Origin: Antedon mediterranea
Taxonomy: Eukaryota; Animalia; Echinodermata
Direction: 5' to 3'
Assembly: GCF_964355755.1 (NCBI RefSeq)
Contig: NC_092674.1
Span: 15,996,001 to 16,060,000 of the forward strand
Length of the DNA: 64,000 nt
Each line of letters begins with the position of its first letter. Position 1 is the stretch's first letter. The position numbers were made by a program, and so were the translations under genes. The notes beneath the pieces are model-generated. The model worked only from the letters and a program-made list of their open reading frames with translations. It did no database searches and was not told the DNA's origin. Shown here piece after piece: positions 1-14,200 of this stretch.

Positions 1-1059
1 AGTTACATCTAAACTCGTTCATCTGCCTACGGTATTGCAATTCCCATTAATTAAAATAACATTTTCTTCAATATAAAATACCGTAAAATACCTGTATTCA
101 GTTAATTTTCGCTAGTTACACAACTTTTAATACATATAATTATACGGTAAATAACGCACTCTTATATTAATCTTCATATCCTTAGTGAATGATTATAAGA
201 TAAATATTACTTGTGAACCAAAAAGAACAACCATAACATTATAATAAATAGTACAGTATAATTCCACTAAAGTCGCTTCAAAAGGTAATACTGCTCTAAG
301 TTCTTCACATGTATGAAAGATTAATAATATGTTGGCAAAAAAACATCATACACTTGGCATTCAGACTCACGGAGTTACGGATTTATCTACTACGCAAGGC
401 GTACGGTAATCCGTGGCGTTAAAAGCCAAGGTGTTCAGACACAACGATCAACATTCCAATGCCTTGCGTTTAAAACACTCTGATCAGGTCAAAGCAGATA
501 GAACTATATGTATACATTCATGACAATGCATGAAAGTTTACATCATTTACATTGTTTTGTTTTTTTTAAAGTTCTTAAAAGTATTTTTTGGGGAGTTGAT
601 AAATCCAAATCAAAGACAAAAGCAATTTGAACCAGTTTGGCTGTAGTAAGGGTGTTTCGACCGTTGATGCGCTTGTTTTATGTTTTACTGCGACTGATGT
701 TCATAAGGAAGAGGGTTGAGTCTTGTTAATTAAAATTGCCTCCAAAGTCACACACCCTGTGGTATTCTCCCGTTTGGGGTATTCCAAGAAGAAAGGATAT
801 ATTTAATTTAATACCGGTACGTTATCTTCGGTTACACAAGACATTTTCAACAAAGTTACGAGAGATCTCTTGCATTTTTGGGCCTCAAATCACTTAAAGA
901 TCGCCGAACCTGGCTGAGCAGGCAACATTTCCAGAAATTAAAGAATGAAAATAACAGACTTAATCATTTATTACCGAAACGGCGGTTCAATCTTAAAATA
1001 GACATAGTAGTGAATTTGCAAATGAAAATCCAGTATTCTAAATTCAATTGGCCACTGAT

Positions 1060-1765
1060 TGACATCACAACATAGTCGATACTTTTTACATGGATTCATA
1101 TCTACAATTGAACCGCTTCCAAAAAAGTAACAATCATGAAAATCACTTTCAATTCGGAGGAGCTATAAGAGATAGAAATATGCTGTAATGATTAAAACCA
1201 TATGACTTCATCAAAATTAATATATTTGTAACTCATGCGAAAGATAATTGACAATATTAACATCTGGGGGGGGGGGGGGGAATAAAATACGGATATTAAA
1301 TGTGAAGAGAGAAAGAGACAAAAATCCTATATTTAATATTCGGGTGACCATATGATGGCGTCATAACATCAGGGATGTAACAATTTTTAATCATGAATTC
1401 ATATCTACTTTAACTTATCTGCTTGCATAATAAGTTTAAAAAAATTGGGGGTCACCTTTGATCCTAAAGAGCTTTAATAGATTAAAAATTGGCGTTAGTA
1501 TGGCGTGATTTAAAGTAGAAATGGGGGTTTTTTTTTACAAATTACTAGCAAAAAGGTGGAAAAATATAATTAAAAAGAAAAAAACTATTTTTTCCACTCT
1601 AACGTCATTTAAAAATAGTAGGTGCACAACTTCACGTAAATGTCCATATGTTGACAAAGTGATGAAATGTTATGTTTACACATTTTAGAAATACAATGCG
1701 ACACAAAATCGGCAGAAAGAAAAAAGAGAAAAAATAGATGATAGTCAAGTGCGCGGATAACTAAA
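1060..1765 (-). mobile_element. Degenerate partial copy of Helentron-type family A
   Basis: Shares blocks with 17245-20385 (taactcatgcgaaagata, aggtgcacaacttcacgtaaatg, atgaaatgttatgtttacac) and ends in gcggataactaa. Confidence 0.75.
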
Positions 1766-2288
1766 TAGGCCTAGGCCTATATATTTCTTTTCAAGATAGA
1801 GGGCTTCTTTGTGAATGTCAAGGAACAGAAATAACGTTTTGTCATACATTTAGTTTGCATTTCTTCAAAATGGTGCTTTGATCGCATCTTGTATCTTCCT
1901 CTTGTCTGCTTCGTTAGGCAATTTAAATTATGTGAACTTGGTAATTCAGTTGCAGGGAATGTCTAATAAAATTCACAAGTTTTACAGCATTCATTTCTAA
2001 AAAAGAAGCCCCCTCTTTAGTTTAGAAGCCCTTCCCAAAAAGAAGCGAAAACAAAGACCATCCAAGAGGTTTTACAGTAAGCCAATAAACGTATCCATAG
2101 GCCTACTTTTTTTTTAAATGACTATGGCCCGGTTTTGGTCATCATCTTCGTAGGTTGACTTCAGTTTAAAGATGTATTGCCACACCCCCAAAACAAAGAT
2201 CAAATCAAACTTTGAATAGTTTTAATAAGTTATCCACTTTTGCCACAAAAGACAAAATAAACGGTTACACGTTGACTATTTTTTCTTA

Positions 2289-3085
2289 CGCCGTGGCTAA
2301 AGATACGGTACCGTATTCTAACTTCTGTTTACTAAAGGTACGGTAAAATTGCATTACGTCATAATCAGCCAATGGGGTGCTGGTACGTGTGTGACGTCAT
2401 CGTATAAGGACTTGGGATTTTGTTTTCATATCGCGTCTGTATTCCTATCGGCGGCGCCAGGCTGCGTGGATGTGTGTGCTGGGCTGCAGATGAGGGTTTT
2501 ATTTTTATTCCAAATGGCCTATTTAGGCCTATATTTTTTTTAAACTTTGTTTACAATGGTGACCATAAACAACAAGCAAATGCGTACAATAAAGGAGCCC
2601 TTAAATACTATGATTTAGACAGCAGTGTAGCCCCAGGGCTGACGAGTCACAGAAATCAGCGCACACATATGCAGCTGGCCACAGCCTGGAATCGCTTTCC
2701 CTTCACAAACAAACTCATATAATGAGGTTATACATAGTACGTAGTAAGTAGGCCTAGGCCTCTTTTAAAACGGTTTTCTCTATTCTAGAATTAAAATCAA
2801 CATGGCTTTTCAATAATAATAACAGACGTAGGCCTAGGCTACATTTAGTTTTTGTCACACACGACGGCGATAATAGCGATAAATAAAGCATAAAGAAAAT
2901 GCGGTTGATCACTGTTTTCGCCATACCTCCATGGTTTTCGCGATATGAAAAAAATCCACAAAGTCCTTATACGATGACGTCACACACGTACCAGCACCCC
3001 ATTGGCTGGTTATGACGTAATGCAATTTTACCGTATCTTTAGTAAACAGAAGTTAGAATACGGTACCGTATCTTTAGCCACAGCG
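2289..3085. mobile_element. Non-autonomous DNA transposon with about 130-bp TIRs and a 9-bp TSD (Mutator-like)
   Basis: cgccgtggctaaagatacggtaccgtattctaac... is mirrored at about 2955-3085; tttttctta flanks both sides (2280-2288 and 3086-3094). Confidence 0.85.
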
Positions 3086-3221
3086 TTTTTCTTAAATACG
3101 GTAGTTGTATTCAATCTAATTTTTGCTCAAGTAAATAACTATGTGACATTAAATTGACCTCTATTCAACATAAACAATGTTTTAAATTATTTTTTTAAAA
3201 CTGTATATTGTAAAAATATAC

Positions 3222-4290
3222 TATGGGTTTAAATTTGTGACTTGTGGTGTCCCACAGGGGACATTGCTTGGCCCTGTACTTTTCCTAGTACTTTTTAACG
3301 ATGCTTGTGTTGATTGCTGCAGACGATGGAAATATGTGGATGACCTCACCCTTGGGGAGGTCGTTGGCAAAGGTGATTTGCCTTCCATGCAATCCCTGTT
3401 AGATGATCTGAGGGTTTGGTGTTCATCCAATAGTATGATACCCAAACCCTCCAAATGCCATATCTTGGTTGTCAATTTTCTTAAGGACAAGTCGGATGAT
3501 ATTATATCGCCTTCTTTTAGTCTGAGTGGTTCCATTTTACAAGTAGTTGATCACATGACGCTTCTTGGTGTAATCATTCAAAATGACCTGAAATGGGAAC
3601 TTAACACTAATAATATTGTGTCTAGAGCTTCTAGACGTTTCTTTGTGCATTTTGAAGAAAGCAGGAATCTTAATTAATGATCTGTTGACTGTTTATATGG
3701 CGTATATAAGACCTATTTTAGAATATGCTGCCCCTGTTTGGCATGGGGCTATCACTAAGGACATGTCCAAGTCTATTGAAAAGGTACAAAAGAGAGCTTT
3801 GCGTATCATGCTAGGTAACAACTATTTGTGCTATGATCATGCATTGTCTATTACTACCTACTCTTGTTGAAAGAAGAAACAAACTTGTGTTGTCTTTCGG
3901 AGAAGGCTTATTAAAATCCGAGCTGTTTAGAGAAATACTTCCCCCTCTTCATAAGCCAGCTCGGTCTCTCAGATTCAACCGCTTTCTAGAAGTACCTCAT
4001 TGTAAAACCAGCAGACTTAGGTCGTCTCCAGTTCCCACCATGGTGGATATAATTAATAGGCACCACTAGCTCTTTTTTAGATATGTAATAAGTGAATGTT
4101 TTAAGGTTTTTTATTCATCTATGTTTTTAATTTTATGGTACGATATCTAATTTTAATAAGATGTTTCTATTTTTATAGCAATTTTAACTAATTTTTAGTC
4201 ATTTGTAATACAATTCATTTCAGTCCTTGACTGTCGTTTTGTAATATATTTTTATATACCGAATAAAATAAAATAAAAATAAAATAAATA
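3222..4290 (+). mobile_element. 5'-truncated CR1/L2-group LINE (RT C-terminal half, 3' UTR, (AAAAT)n tail)
   Basis: GVPQGTLLGP, KYVDD and YIRPILEYAAPVW spread over three frameshifted ORFs; A-rich tail at 4262-4290. Confidence 0.9.
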
Positions 4291-5225
4291 GACGGTGCAC
4301 ATAACAAGTTGTGAACGTGTCACACAAAATTCTCAAAATGTTTGAAAATAGGCCTAGCTGAACATGCTTAGAGTGCATTCATTATCACCATCAGTATCAC
4401 TTTTCCATTAGCAAAGGGGGCTACAGTAATTCTAAATGAAATGTGATCAAATTACAAGAATACAATCATGTGTGTTATACAAATAATGAATGTGATAGTA
4501 TACATAATTTCTAGAGGTGAAAGATGAAAATATGACTTTTCATCTTCCACTGAATGAAATTATTTGTACCATAGCATGAATATAAAAAACAATTATTTAT
4601 TTTATAAGTAGATTCTTGTCATTTCATTCAGATTGAATGAAAGGTTTAGGCCCAGCCTACATTTTGATTCAGATTGAAACGTAGACAAGCCTAGGATATC
4701 TAAAGAAAGTATTTACCTCTATAGCCTACTGACCACATATTTCAATTGGTTTTTTGGTGTTTTTTAGTCTGCATCATCATGTTGTATAGTAATTTCGACA
4801 CTTGTGACAGATCAAAATTTCAACCGGAGATCAATTGATGTTGTAATTCACCACGCTCTCACTGTAGCATGTGCAAGGCGTTGTTATGCAGTCGTAAGGG
4901 ACACGCTGTCCAGGCTTCATCCTGTCAATTTCTGAATTTACCGCGCTATGTTGAGCGATTGATGGACACTTAGTTTTTATCATGTGACTCACAATCGTCC
5001 AATCAAATGACAGGAATATATGGTGTTACAGTATATAAAAAACATTATAAACATCAATCAATAATAATGATTATATCTTTATTTTGTTCTCTAATGCAAT
5101 AACTGTGTTATGCTTTTAAAAGGAATCACCCAACTGTAACACTTTGCTTCTGTGGAACCAACAGCACATTAGAAAAATCTCACTCGGTTATTTTTGTACT
5201 CGCCTAGGGCTAATTCTGAAATATA

Positions 5226-8200
5226 CTACTGTAATCCAGCTATCAGTGATTCAACTAACTCTTCATTGGTGGGTTCATGTCCAATCATATCTGAAATAGC
5301 AACACAAAACAAAACTACTTTGTTGATGTGAATTATTCTAAGAAATAAGATAAAAATGCAAAACTGCTCATAAATACTGAAGAAACAATTAAAATATATC
5401 TTTTAAAAACTAAAACATTCATTAATTGAGATTAAGGAGCTTTGGATTTCAAACGACATCATATTAATTTATTTTGTCTGTGAATTTTGTTAAAGTCTGT
5501 TGTTGTCTGACCCAGATGATGACCTTGGATTCTGTATTAGTCCAGCAGCCGAATGGTTATTTTTTCCATAACCTTGCAATGTTTTCTATAGTTTTTTTTT
5601 ATGGATTTTGATTCTCGATACCATCTGAATGAATTATTTTTTAATTAGCATAAACAAAATGCCCGCTATTTTCATAAAACATGCTATATCTCTGGAAATA
5701 CTTTGTCTACACCCAGTACGATTAAACACAAAGGATGTACCGAGTTGATGAGTATCATCGTTCATAATTGCAATTCTTTTCTGTTCCATTTGATTATCAT
5801 ACATTTGCATAACACTAGGCAGATTATTATCTCCATTTATGCATTTCTTAGCTCTTTTAACTATGCGTTCAAATTGCTTATTATTGTATTCATACGTGTT
5901 ACCATAGTAACAAGTTAAGTTAAACATTAGAACACTTTGTATAAACGGCTTTGTAGAGAAGTACAAGTATTTCTTCATTTACCCTAAAGTTTTTGAGTTT
6001 CCTAAGGAAATACAAACATTGAGAACAGTTACTGCAGCCTGGTCTGTCCAGGTAAGTTTCTCATCAATCATGGTTCCTAAATATTTATATTTGTCAACTT
6101 GTTCAACAACTGCTCCATCGAGTACAAGTGGTTCAATTTGAGGTTTTTTAATTCTGAAATCAATAATTAATTCTTTAGTTTTCTCAATATTGAGCTCTAA
6201 GTAATTATCGCCACACCATTTTGCAAATCTATTTACTTCATTCAAGTAACCGATAGGTTTGTCTGACATGAAACCTGTTATTACAGTATCTGTCATTTGC
6301 ATACTTGATTATGGAGCACTTAGGGTCTTCACATACTGTACATAGTCACTCGTATAGAGTGTAAATAAAATGGGGGATAATACACAGCTTTGTGGGGCGC
6401 CTGTGCTGACTTTTCATACTTTAGATTGCGCATCTCCGATCTTAACATACTGTGGTCTTTCCCTAATCCATAACAACATTTTAGTGTTGACATTTAATTA
6501 ATACAATTTATCGATAAGTAAGTGAGACTGGATACAATTGAAAGCACTAGAAAAGAAAAAAATGGGTCTTTCAGTGACTTTTTGAAAAAATGTTGCATTA
6601 TGGCAAGTATAAACATATACATTGTAAACAATTTGACACCAAAATTATCTCACTACGACAAATATCAATTAATTTATGTTATTATATTATAGAATAACCT
6701 TATTAAATTATGTCAAAGGTAACCACACTTCCGGTCATTTTCAAGCAATACCATCTGTTAAACTGAATATAAATGTATATCTTGGGAACAATTTGCTCCC
6801 AATTTTAATTCTCTCCGACCTGCCGTTACTTATATATAGCAAAAAGAGGTCAAAGGTCAAAATTGCTAAAATGGGGTTTCCAGTCAATTTTACAACAAAT
6901 TTCTGTTAGAGATAATAATAAACATCTACATTGTGAACAATTTGACACCAAAATTATCTATAGCATGTTTTATGAAAAGAGCAGCCATTTTGTTTATGCT
7001 AATTATGCAAATTGCTCCAAAAAAAAAAAATTCTTCATTCTGATGGTATCGAGAATCTATCTAAAAAAAATTATAGAAAACATTGCAAGGTTAAACCCCT
7101 TGGCTGCCAGAATACTGTATATCACAAACATTCACATTTCAACCTACAGTAGTTTGGGTGCACGGTCTTCGCAAACTAAAATTGAAAATTATTTTAGTGT
7201 ATGACTTGGTGATGCATAATCTATATAAGTCCTAGATTGTCGCAGAGTTCCATATTAAAACTGACGCGGATTTTATACTGTAGGCCTACTATTAAACTAC
7301 TATGATTGGACGACAATTTTTCAATTTATGTGTTTATGTGATTTGTGAGTGTATACACACCCACACATACATTTCTTTTTGTTTAAGTTTAATTAAATGG
7401 CATTTTCTTACTCTTAACTAGTGTTACTGGATCTTTACTTCCTCCACTTGCTAACATCTCCCTTCTAAATTTTTCACCAGTAGACCTCGACAAAGGATCG
7501 TCAGCAAAACACTGTCTCCATATCTTAGTAGCAACTGCCTTTGACAGTACATATGAGTAATACTTTGCACCATAGCCAACAAGGTGTCCAAAACGAAGCT
7601 GCCAGGCCTACGTAAAACAAACTTTGTTAAAAAAGTGAAAACTATTTTAAAAACTACTGTATATTTTTATATTTTGGCATAAGCAACATTAACATACTGA
7701 ATACATGCTTTATGCAGTGGTGCCATACGCAGCAAAAGTGTCATGCAAAAATACAAGTGAAAATTTTAAAACGTACTGTGTAATTGTTAAAATACAAATG
7801 AACTTTAAAATATTATGTCTGATTTCTTAAAACGTACTGTGTAATTTTTAAAATACAGGTTCGATTTTCGCCTCAAACGTACGGTCTAAATGCAATGTTT
7901 AAAATGCGATTCGTCATGCTCAGTTAGACATCTCTAACTAAGCGTGACGGGTCATTCCATTTTTTGTTGGGGAGGCAATAGGTAAATTAAGCATACGTCA
8001 CAAACGCACATGTGGTAGTGGTGTATGGTACGTGGATTATTACCAAGTGCGCGAGTGTAGTGGATGAGATGCGGAATCGGATGATCCGCGTTGTGGATGC
8101 ATAGTTTACTACAACTTAGAGTGGCACATGTTTTTGGGTAGGTTTATTCTAATTAATTAATTACAATAAAATGATTATGAATAATTTATTTATACTTATT

Positions 8201-11200
8201 TTACAGTTCACTACTAGTCCTAGATTTAGGTATGGAACGCCGTTTACGCAAGTTTAGGCGATGTTAAAATTGCATCAATGTAATTAAAATTACGTTTGCG
8301 ATTATTATTCTAAGTGATATTTTATTGGGAAGTGTTCTGCATTTATTCAAATAATTACAATCCTAATTGGTATAATTAATACATTATTTACATCTTTTGA
8401 AACTAACTTCCGCAAAAAAGTGGGCCGTTTCGGCCTAAGAAGGAAGACGTTTTAGACAGCTTGCAACATGGGTAGAAGTATATGAGGGTCCTAACGGGAT
8501 ACAGATAGCCCACAGTTACTCAATAACTCGGCTATCAGGGTTTCACTCGATTTAAAACAAAAGGTCTTTTCAGTTCTCCCTATGTAATTTTATATACTAT
8601 TCCCAACAATATATTCTGATTCTTTATGGCGTATATTTAATTTGATCTTTATTAATTTGCAGTATAATTTTTGCTACTGCACCTTCACACGCTCGATCCG
8701 AAACTTAGTTGAAACCTGGAAGTTGCAAGGTGAACCTGTGGACTCACCGTGAACCCGGAAATTAATTCTACAGTGCACAGTTGAAAATCTACTGATGAAA
8801 TCAGAAATTTTGTTTCAAAACCCTTCATAATATATTCCGAAGATAGAAATATGGAACAATATCGTAATAGTGAAAACTAATGTTATCAAATCTACGTTTC
8901 GTGGTACATCTGACATAGATCAGGTAGGTATCCAAGGCGGAGATTTGTTACAAAGTTTTTCCATTGTGCTCGCCTATGTCAGAATTAACCATAATTTATA
9001 TATAGATATATCTGATCATTAGTTTTTTGGACCACTTTTTGCCAAAGACACACAGTATATTAAGCAATTATTTTACAACAAAAATGAATCTGAATTTTTA
9101 ATAACTCACTGTTCCTGAAACGTGTGGCAAGCATGAGTAATTGTTCTGAACATCAGCTAAGATCTCTGTTGTACTCTGTGAACAAGTTCATGACAATAAT
9201 TACAAATAAAGAAAACAGTGAATAAATTAAACAAACATTGATTGATACACAGTGGAATACCCAATTTGACTATTTTTTGCTTTAAATTACAGATTTTTTC
9301 AGGTAAATAAACTTTTTTTTTAATCCAATTTTTTGATAACTAATATGTGACATTAAAATGGCATATTCAACAAAAAATGTTAAGAATTACAATACATCTT
9401 TAAGTAATCCTTCAAATACACCACCCTCTGTTATCATTAGAATTAGTACCTTAAAATGTAAATACAATAAAAGGGAATAAAATTAGAGACCCAATAAATA
9501 ACAACACCTTATTTAGAGGATGATGAGCATGATAAACCTGGTCCAAGATTGAGTAAAATACTTGTGTTTGCATTTCATAAGCTGAAAACATCTTCTTTGA
9601 GGAACATAAGTTAGAAATCATTTCTTCTGGTAAAGTCTAAAATAAAAAATGTCAGTCTGTTCATTTGATTTATTCACTTTAATCCAAAACACCTATAACA
9701 CCTATATAAGTGTATCAGAAAAAAAATATTGTGGAAGGTTTTTTTTTTATTTACATTATTTCAATATGCTGTTGGACATTATTTGTAGACCAGCCTCTAA
9801 GTCCCAGTCTTTTTTTAGGAATCATATGGTGTACTTTATAGTTTTTCTTCTCCATGCAAATCATTAAATAATATACAGTAGCAACTAATATCAACAATTG
9901 AAGGAATTTATGAAAAAAAAACCTATTTACTTCATGTGTTTTATAATGTTTAGCAAATTTCTTGAGTATACGATAATCATTGGCAAAGAACTCCATTAAT
10001 ATTGAAGGCACTTCTGCGAAATCTGTAGCACATCGAGTACCTGTTACATGCTGAAACTTGGTTCTGGCTAGCATGGCTGAAATAAATATTTTTAAAAATA
10101 TTTCATATGGAATATACAACCGGTTGTAATTATGTGAACTTAATAACCAAGACAATATTTATATGGGGCTATAGTAAAAACCTACTGTATTGGACATTAA
10201 CATTTTGTAAACACTTTGAGATTGTGTGTGACAAAATTGCTCTACTCCACTACCAAAATCTGAGAACAGTATATTATAAACTGTTATATATATATTTGGG
10301 CGAATTTTTCTCATTCTCACAGATTTCCTCATCTTTATCGTTTCAAATTAATTAATTAAATTTCAGTATATCACCGGGCGGTTTAGAATTAATGTTCAAT
10401 GAGGAAAATCTGTGAGAATGAGAAAAAGTTGTCCCAACCGAGACTCGAACTCGGACCGCCTGCTATATATATATTCCATTGATAAAGGGCTAGCGTTGCC
10501 CAAATACTCTGCTAACTTTTCTGGCTGTTTTACTTTATCGTTTTGATTTAGCTTTTTGCTTTTTTTTTGTATCTCCATTGAGTCCAGCCACTGATACTCA
10601 TAGCATTGTCATTTTTTCAGTATCTTGCCTTTGGATTTATATATTAAATATAATTTATAGGTCCATGGTTTAATATTGAGGAACAAAATGTTGCTTTGTA
10701 CAGCAAGCCATGAAGTGTGTATTATTATTATGTAGTAAGTTTATTTTCACTTTGTGCTCAATGGAAAGGATCTAAGAGATCAGAATGAGTCTGATTTCAT
10801 CAAAATATTCTTTATTTCTGTAGAAAAAATAATAAAGTATAAAATACTACATTTACAATGAATAGCATGGCCAAACTCATGGAATAGGTTTTCCAACATC
10901 TGAAAGAAAAACAATTGTAACTTATAAAATAATAGTTTTATCGTTTCACTATAAATTGCTAAATTAAACGATTTATAACCGTATTCTCAACATATATTAT
11001 ATGTGTGAACATATGAGGCACTCAAACTTACAATCTAGAAGCGACGAAAACAATAATTGTTGATATTTATTTTTATAAACAGCATTTAATAAGTTTTAAC
11101 ATGAGGGTTGTTTATTAAAATTGTTATATTTTGTTCCCAGTTATTAATAAAAACATATGAATTGCATATAGCTCAAGAAATCTTTATTTTTAGGAATTCA

Positions 11201-14200
11201 ATAGTTAGGCTTAGTGTAACCGACTGACGAAAACTATAACACTCACAATTTTCTTTTCAATAAGTTGAAAAAATATCATTGTGGTACATGATATTATATT
11301 TATATTATTTCAACAAATAGACAAAAATATAACAAAAAGTTGAAATATTCAACAAACTACGATGGAAGCTATGCTGTTTCATTGTAAACGAAAGTGTCAT
11401 CCAACCAGAGAGTATATTTTAATTTTATAGCAAATCACAGTCAAGGATTCACAAACACCTTAAAAAAAAATTTCAATTGACTAGATTTTTTACAATTCCT
11501 TGGGTTGTTAAAGATTATAGGAGCTGATATATTTTCGAACAGATAGGTACCAAAAATGACATGATTTGGGTCAGCAATTTGATTAAATTATGTCAACTTT
11601 CGAGTAAACAAAAATAAAATGTCCTCAATATATTTCAATGGAAATGACTTAAATAATTGAAAAATGCTGCTTTATTTACATTGTGAACTTCAAGACTCGA
11701 TAGTTGGGATTGCACCACTTTTGAGATGGACTGCTTCATTTAACCATGGACCTATGGTCTATGATATAACAATATACAATTTATAAAACTTTGTTTCATT
11801 TTCTGTCAGCAAGTGGTTATGCTTTGTTTGATTATTGACAAATTTGCTCCAATTTGATTAGATAATTTATATATTTGAAAGTCAGTTAAGGCAGGGTTGC
11901 CGGTCCAGTGTAAGTCAGTTAAGGCAGGGTTGCCGGTCCAGTGTAAGTCAGTTAAGGCAGGGTTGCCGGTCCAGTGTAAGTCAGTTAAGGCAGGGTTGCC
12001 GGTCCAGTGTAAGTCAGTTAAGGCAGGGTTGCCGGTCCAGTGTACACAGTTATATTTATTAATAATAACTGCCTTATATTCCATAAAATTTTCAATTTTA
12101 AGCTCAAGGTTAAAGTAAAACTTTGTACTAGAAGCAGCCATTATACATATCGATAAATGCTTTTTTTTCATATTAAATAAGATTATTTAAAAAATCTGGG
12201 CACTCCAATATAAAAAATATCAATCTTTTACAAAACTGATAATATTCTGTAAAGTTGGAGATACATTTTGGATATGTACAAAATGTATGTATATTATCTA
12301 TATTATAAATATAACCTTTTTTTTGTATCATTAGAAATACTGTAATAAAAAATAAGGTGTCAGTGCATGAATTTGATGTTATTTTATGGACTTTAATTAC
12401 TTACTCCATGTGTTAGTAGCGCTGGTGCTCCAGAATGAGCTGGTCTGAAATAACAACAAATAAGTCAATGATTAATGATAACGCAATTATGACCTTTAGT
12501 ATAGACTAGAATATAACAAAATTATTTTTTAAATACTTACATACAAGTACAGACTAACACAACACGTGGCAGTTGATAAGAACCATCTTCCAAAACGCGT
12601 CCTCCACGTATCGTAAAATGACAATCATGAGGAGGTTTACTTGGACGATCATAGAAGTCACAATATATGTATCCTAATAAACCCTCAGTTTCATGCATAA
12701 CTCCCTATAGGAAAGTAATAAAACCAATATTTCAATAATCAACCATTTCACAATAAAACCTCTACACAACATAAGCCACAGAACTGTGTGCCGGATTAAA
12801 CAGGGAATACTATTACCATGCCAGTTTGGTTTCTGTCAAAATGGGTCAATACAATGACTTAATTTAATTGCCAATATTGTATCAAATGCAATTGTTAGAA
12901 TTTAATTCATCACCATTTATAATAGAAAATAAGGGCGCCCTCAATAATACTATTTGATTAGATATATCTCGACCTTTCTCAATGAAAGTTGGTAAATACT
13001 GGTTATAGACGCGAATAGTTATAAACCAATAAGAACGATGTAGAGTTTTGACAGCACATCTGTGAGAAAGCACCTATAGAATTATTCATGTATTCCATGC
13101 ACTAGCATGGCATAATGCGGATGTACTGTACAATGTAGGAAAAAATCAACAAATTAGTTTTTAAAAATGCCTATAAATTACAGCCTAAATGGTAAATTAT
13201 GCACTATTGGGATGTTTTTTATATCCAAAACAATCAAGAGAAATAGTGGAAGGCAGTACATTTGAAATATTGGAAAACTTTGCACTGTCGAGACATCTAC
13301 TCCCCAAGGACATCTAATTAGTGAATTGAATCAGACTGGTTTCAATATAGTAAAAAAAACTAACCAATTTTTTTACATCCGGAGCCCACGTTTCACCATA
13401 ATGCGGTTCCACACTGGCTAGGCTAATACCATAGAGGCAATTGAATATCATATTTAGTCCATCCATGCATGATCCAAGGGAAAAATACTGTGATAAATCT
13501 ACACTGTCAACATCATACCTAGGTATATGTACAAAAAAATGTTTATCCAACAATTGTTTTAGATTTTTAAATTAGATTTTATTACAGTAAATGATCATGT
13601 TTGATAATAAATGAAACAAACATAAATCATAAAAAAAAAATACCATCTTACTGTTATACTAGTCAGTAATTATTTTGCTTCAATTGAGTTTCTGAATATA
13701 CAACACAAAGAAAACCTTGGATTTTTTCTGAATTTGGAAGTAAAGCCAGCATAGTGAATTTGGGGGGATTTCTGGAAGTTCATTGGTCAGGAGAGGGAGA
13801 AGGGAAGACGATGTAGAAGGCTGCAGAAAGTAGGGAGTAGGATAGCAGGAGCAGTAGAGAGCAGACGTGTGTAGCCAGACGAGAAATAATATGGTTGAGT
13901 ACTTGATTCACTAGTGGTTACAGAGTTAGCCGGTGGTTGCACCTTGACTTATGAGTACTTGATTCACTGGTGGTTTACAGACTTAGCCGGTGGTTGCACC
14001 TTGACTGAGGAGTACTTGATTCACTAGTGGTTACAGAGTTAGCCAGTGGTTGCACCTTGACTGAGGAGTACTTGATTCACTGGAGGTTACAGAGTTAGCC
14101 GGTGGTTGCACCTTGACTTATGAGTACTTGATTCACTAGTGGTTACAGAGTTAGCCGGCACCTCATGAGTACTTGATTCACTGGTGGTTTACAGAGTTAG

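Noticed and set aside
7717-9057. Possible intronic transposon or small gene
   Set aside because: The CpG-richer patchwork is probably repeat-derived, but I found no convincing TIR pair or protein motif.
11806-12171. ORFs with [11 protein letters not shown] or [11 protein letters not shown] repeats
   Set aside because: By-product of a 33-bp stop-free minisatellite inside a MIPEP intron.
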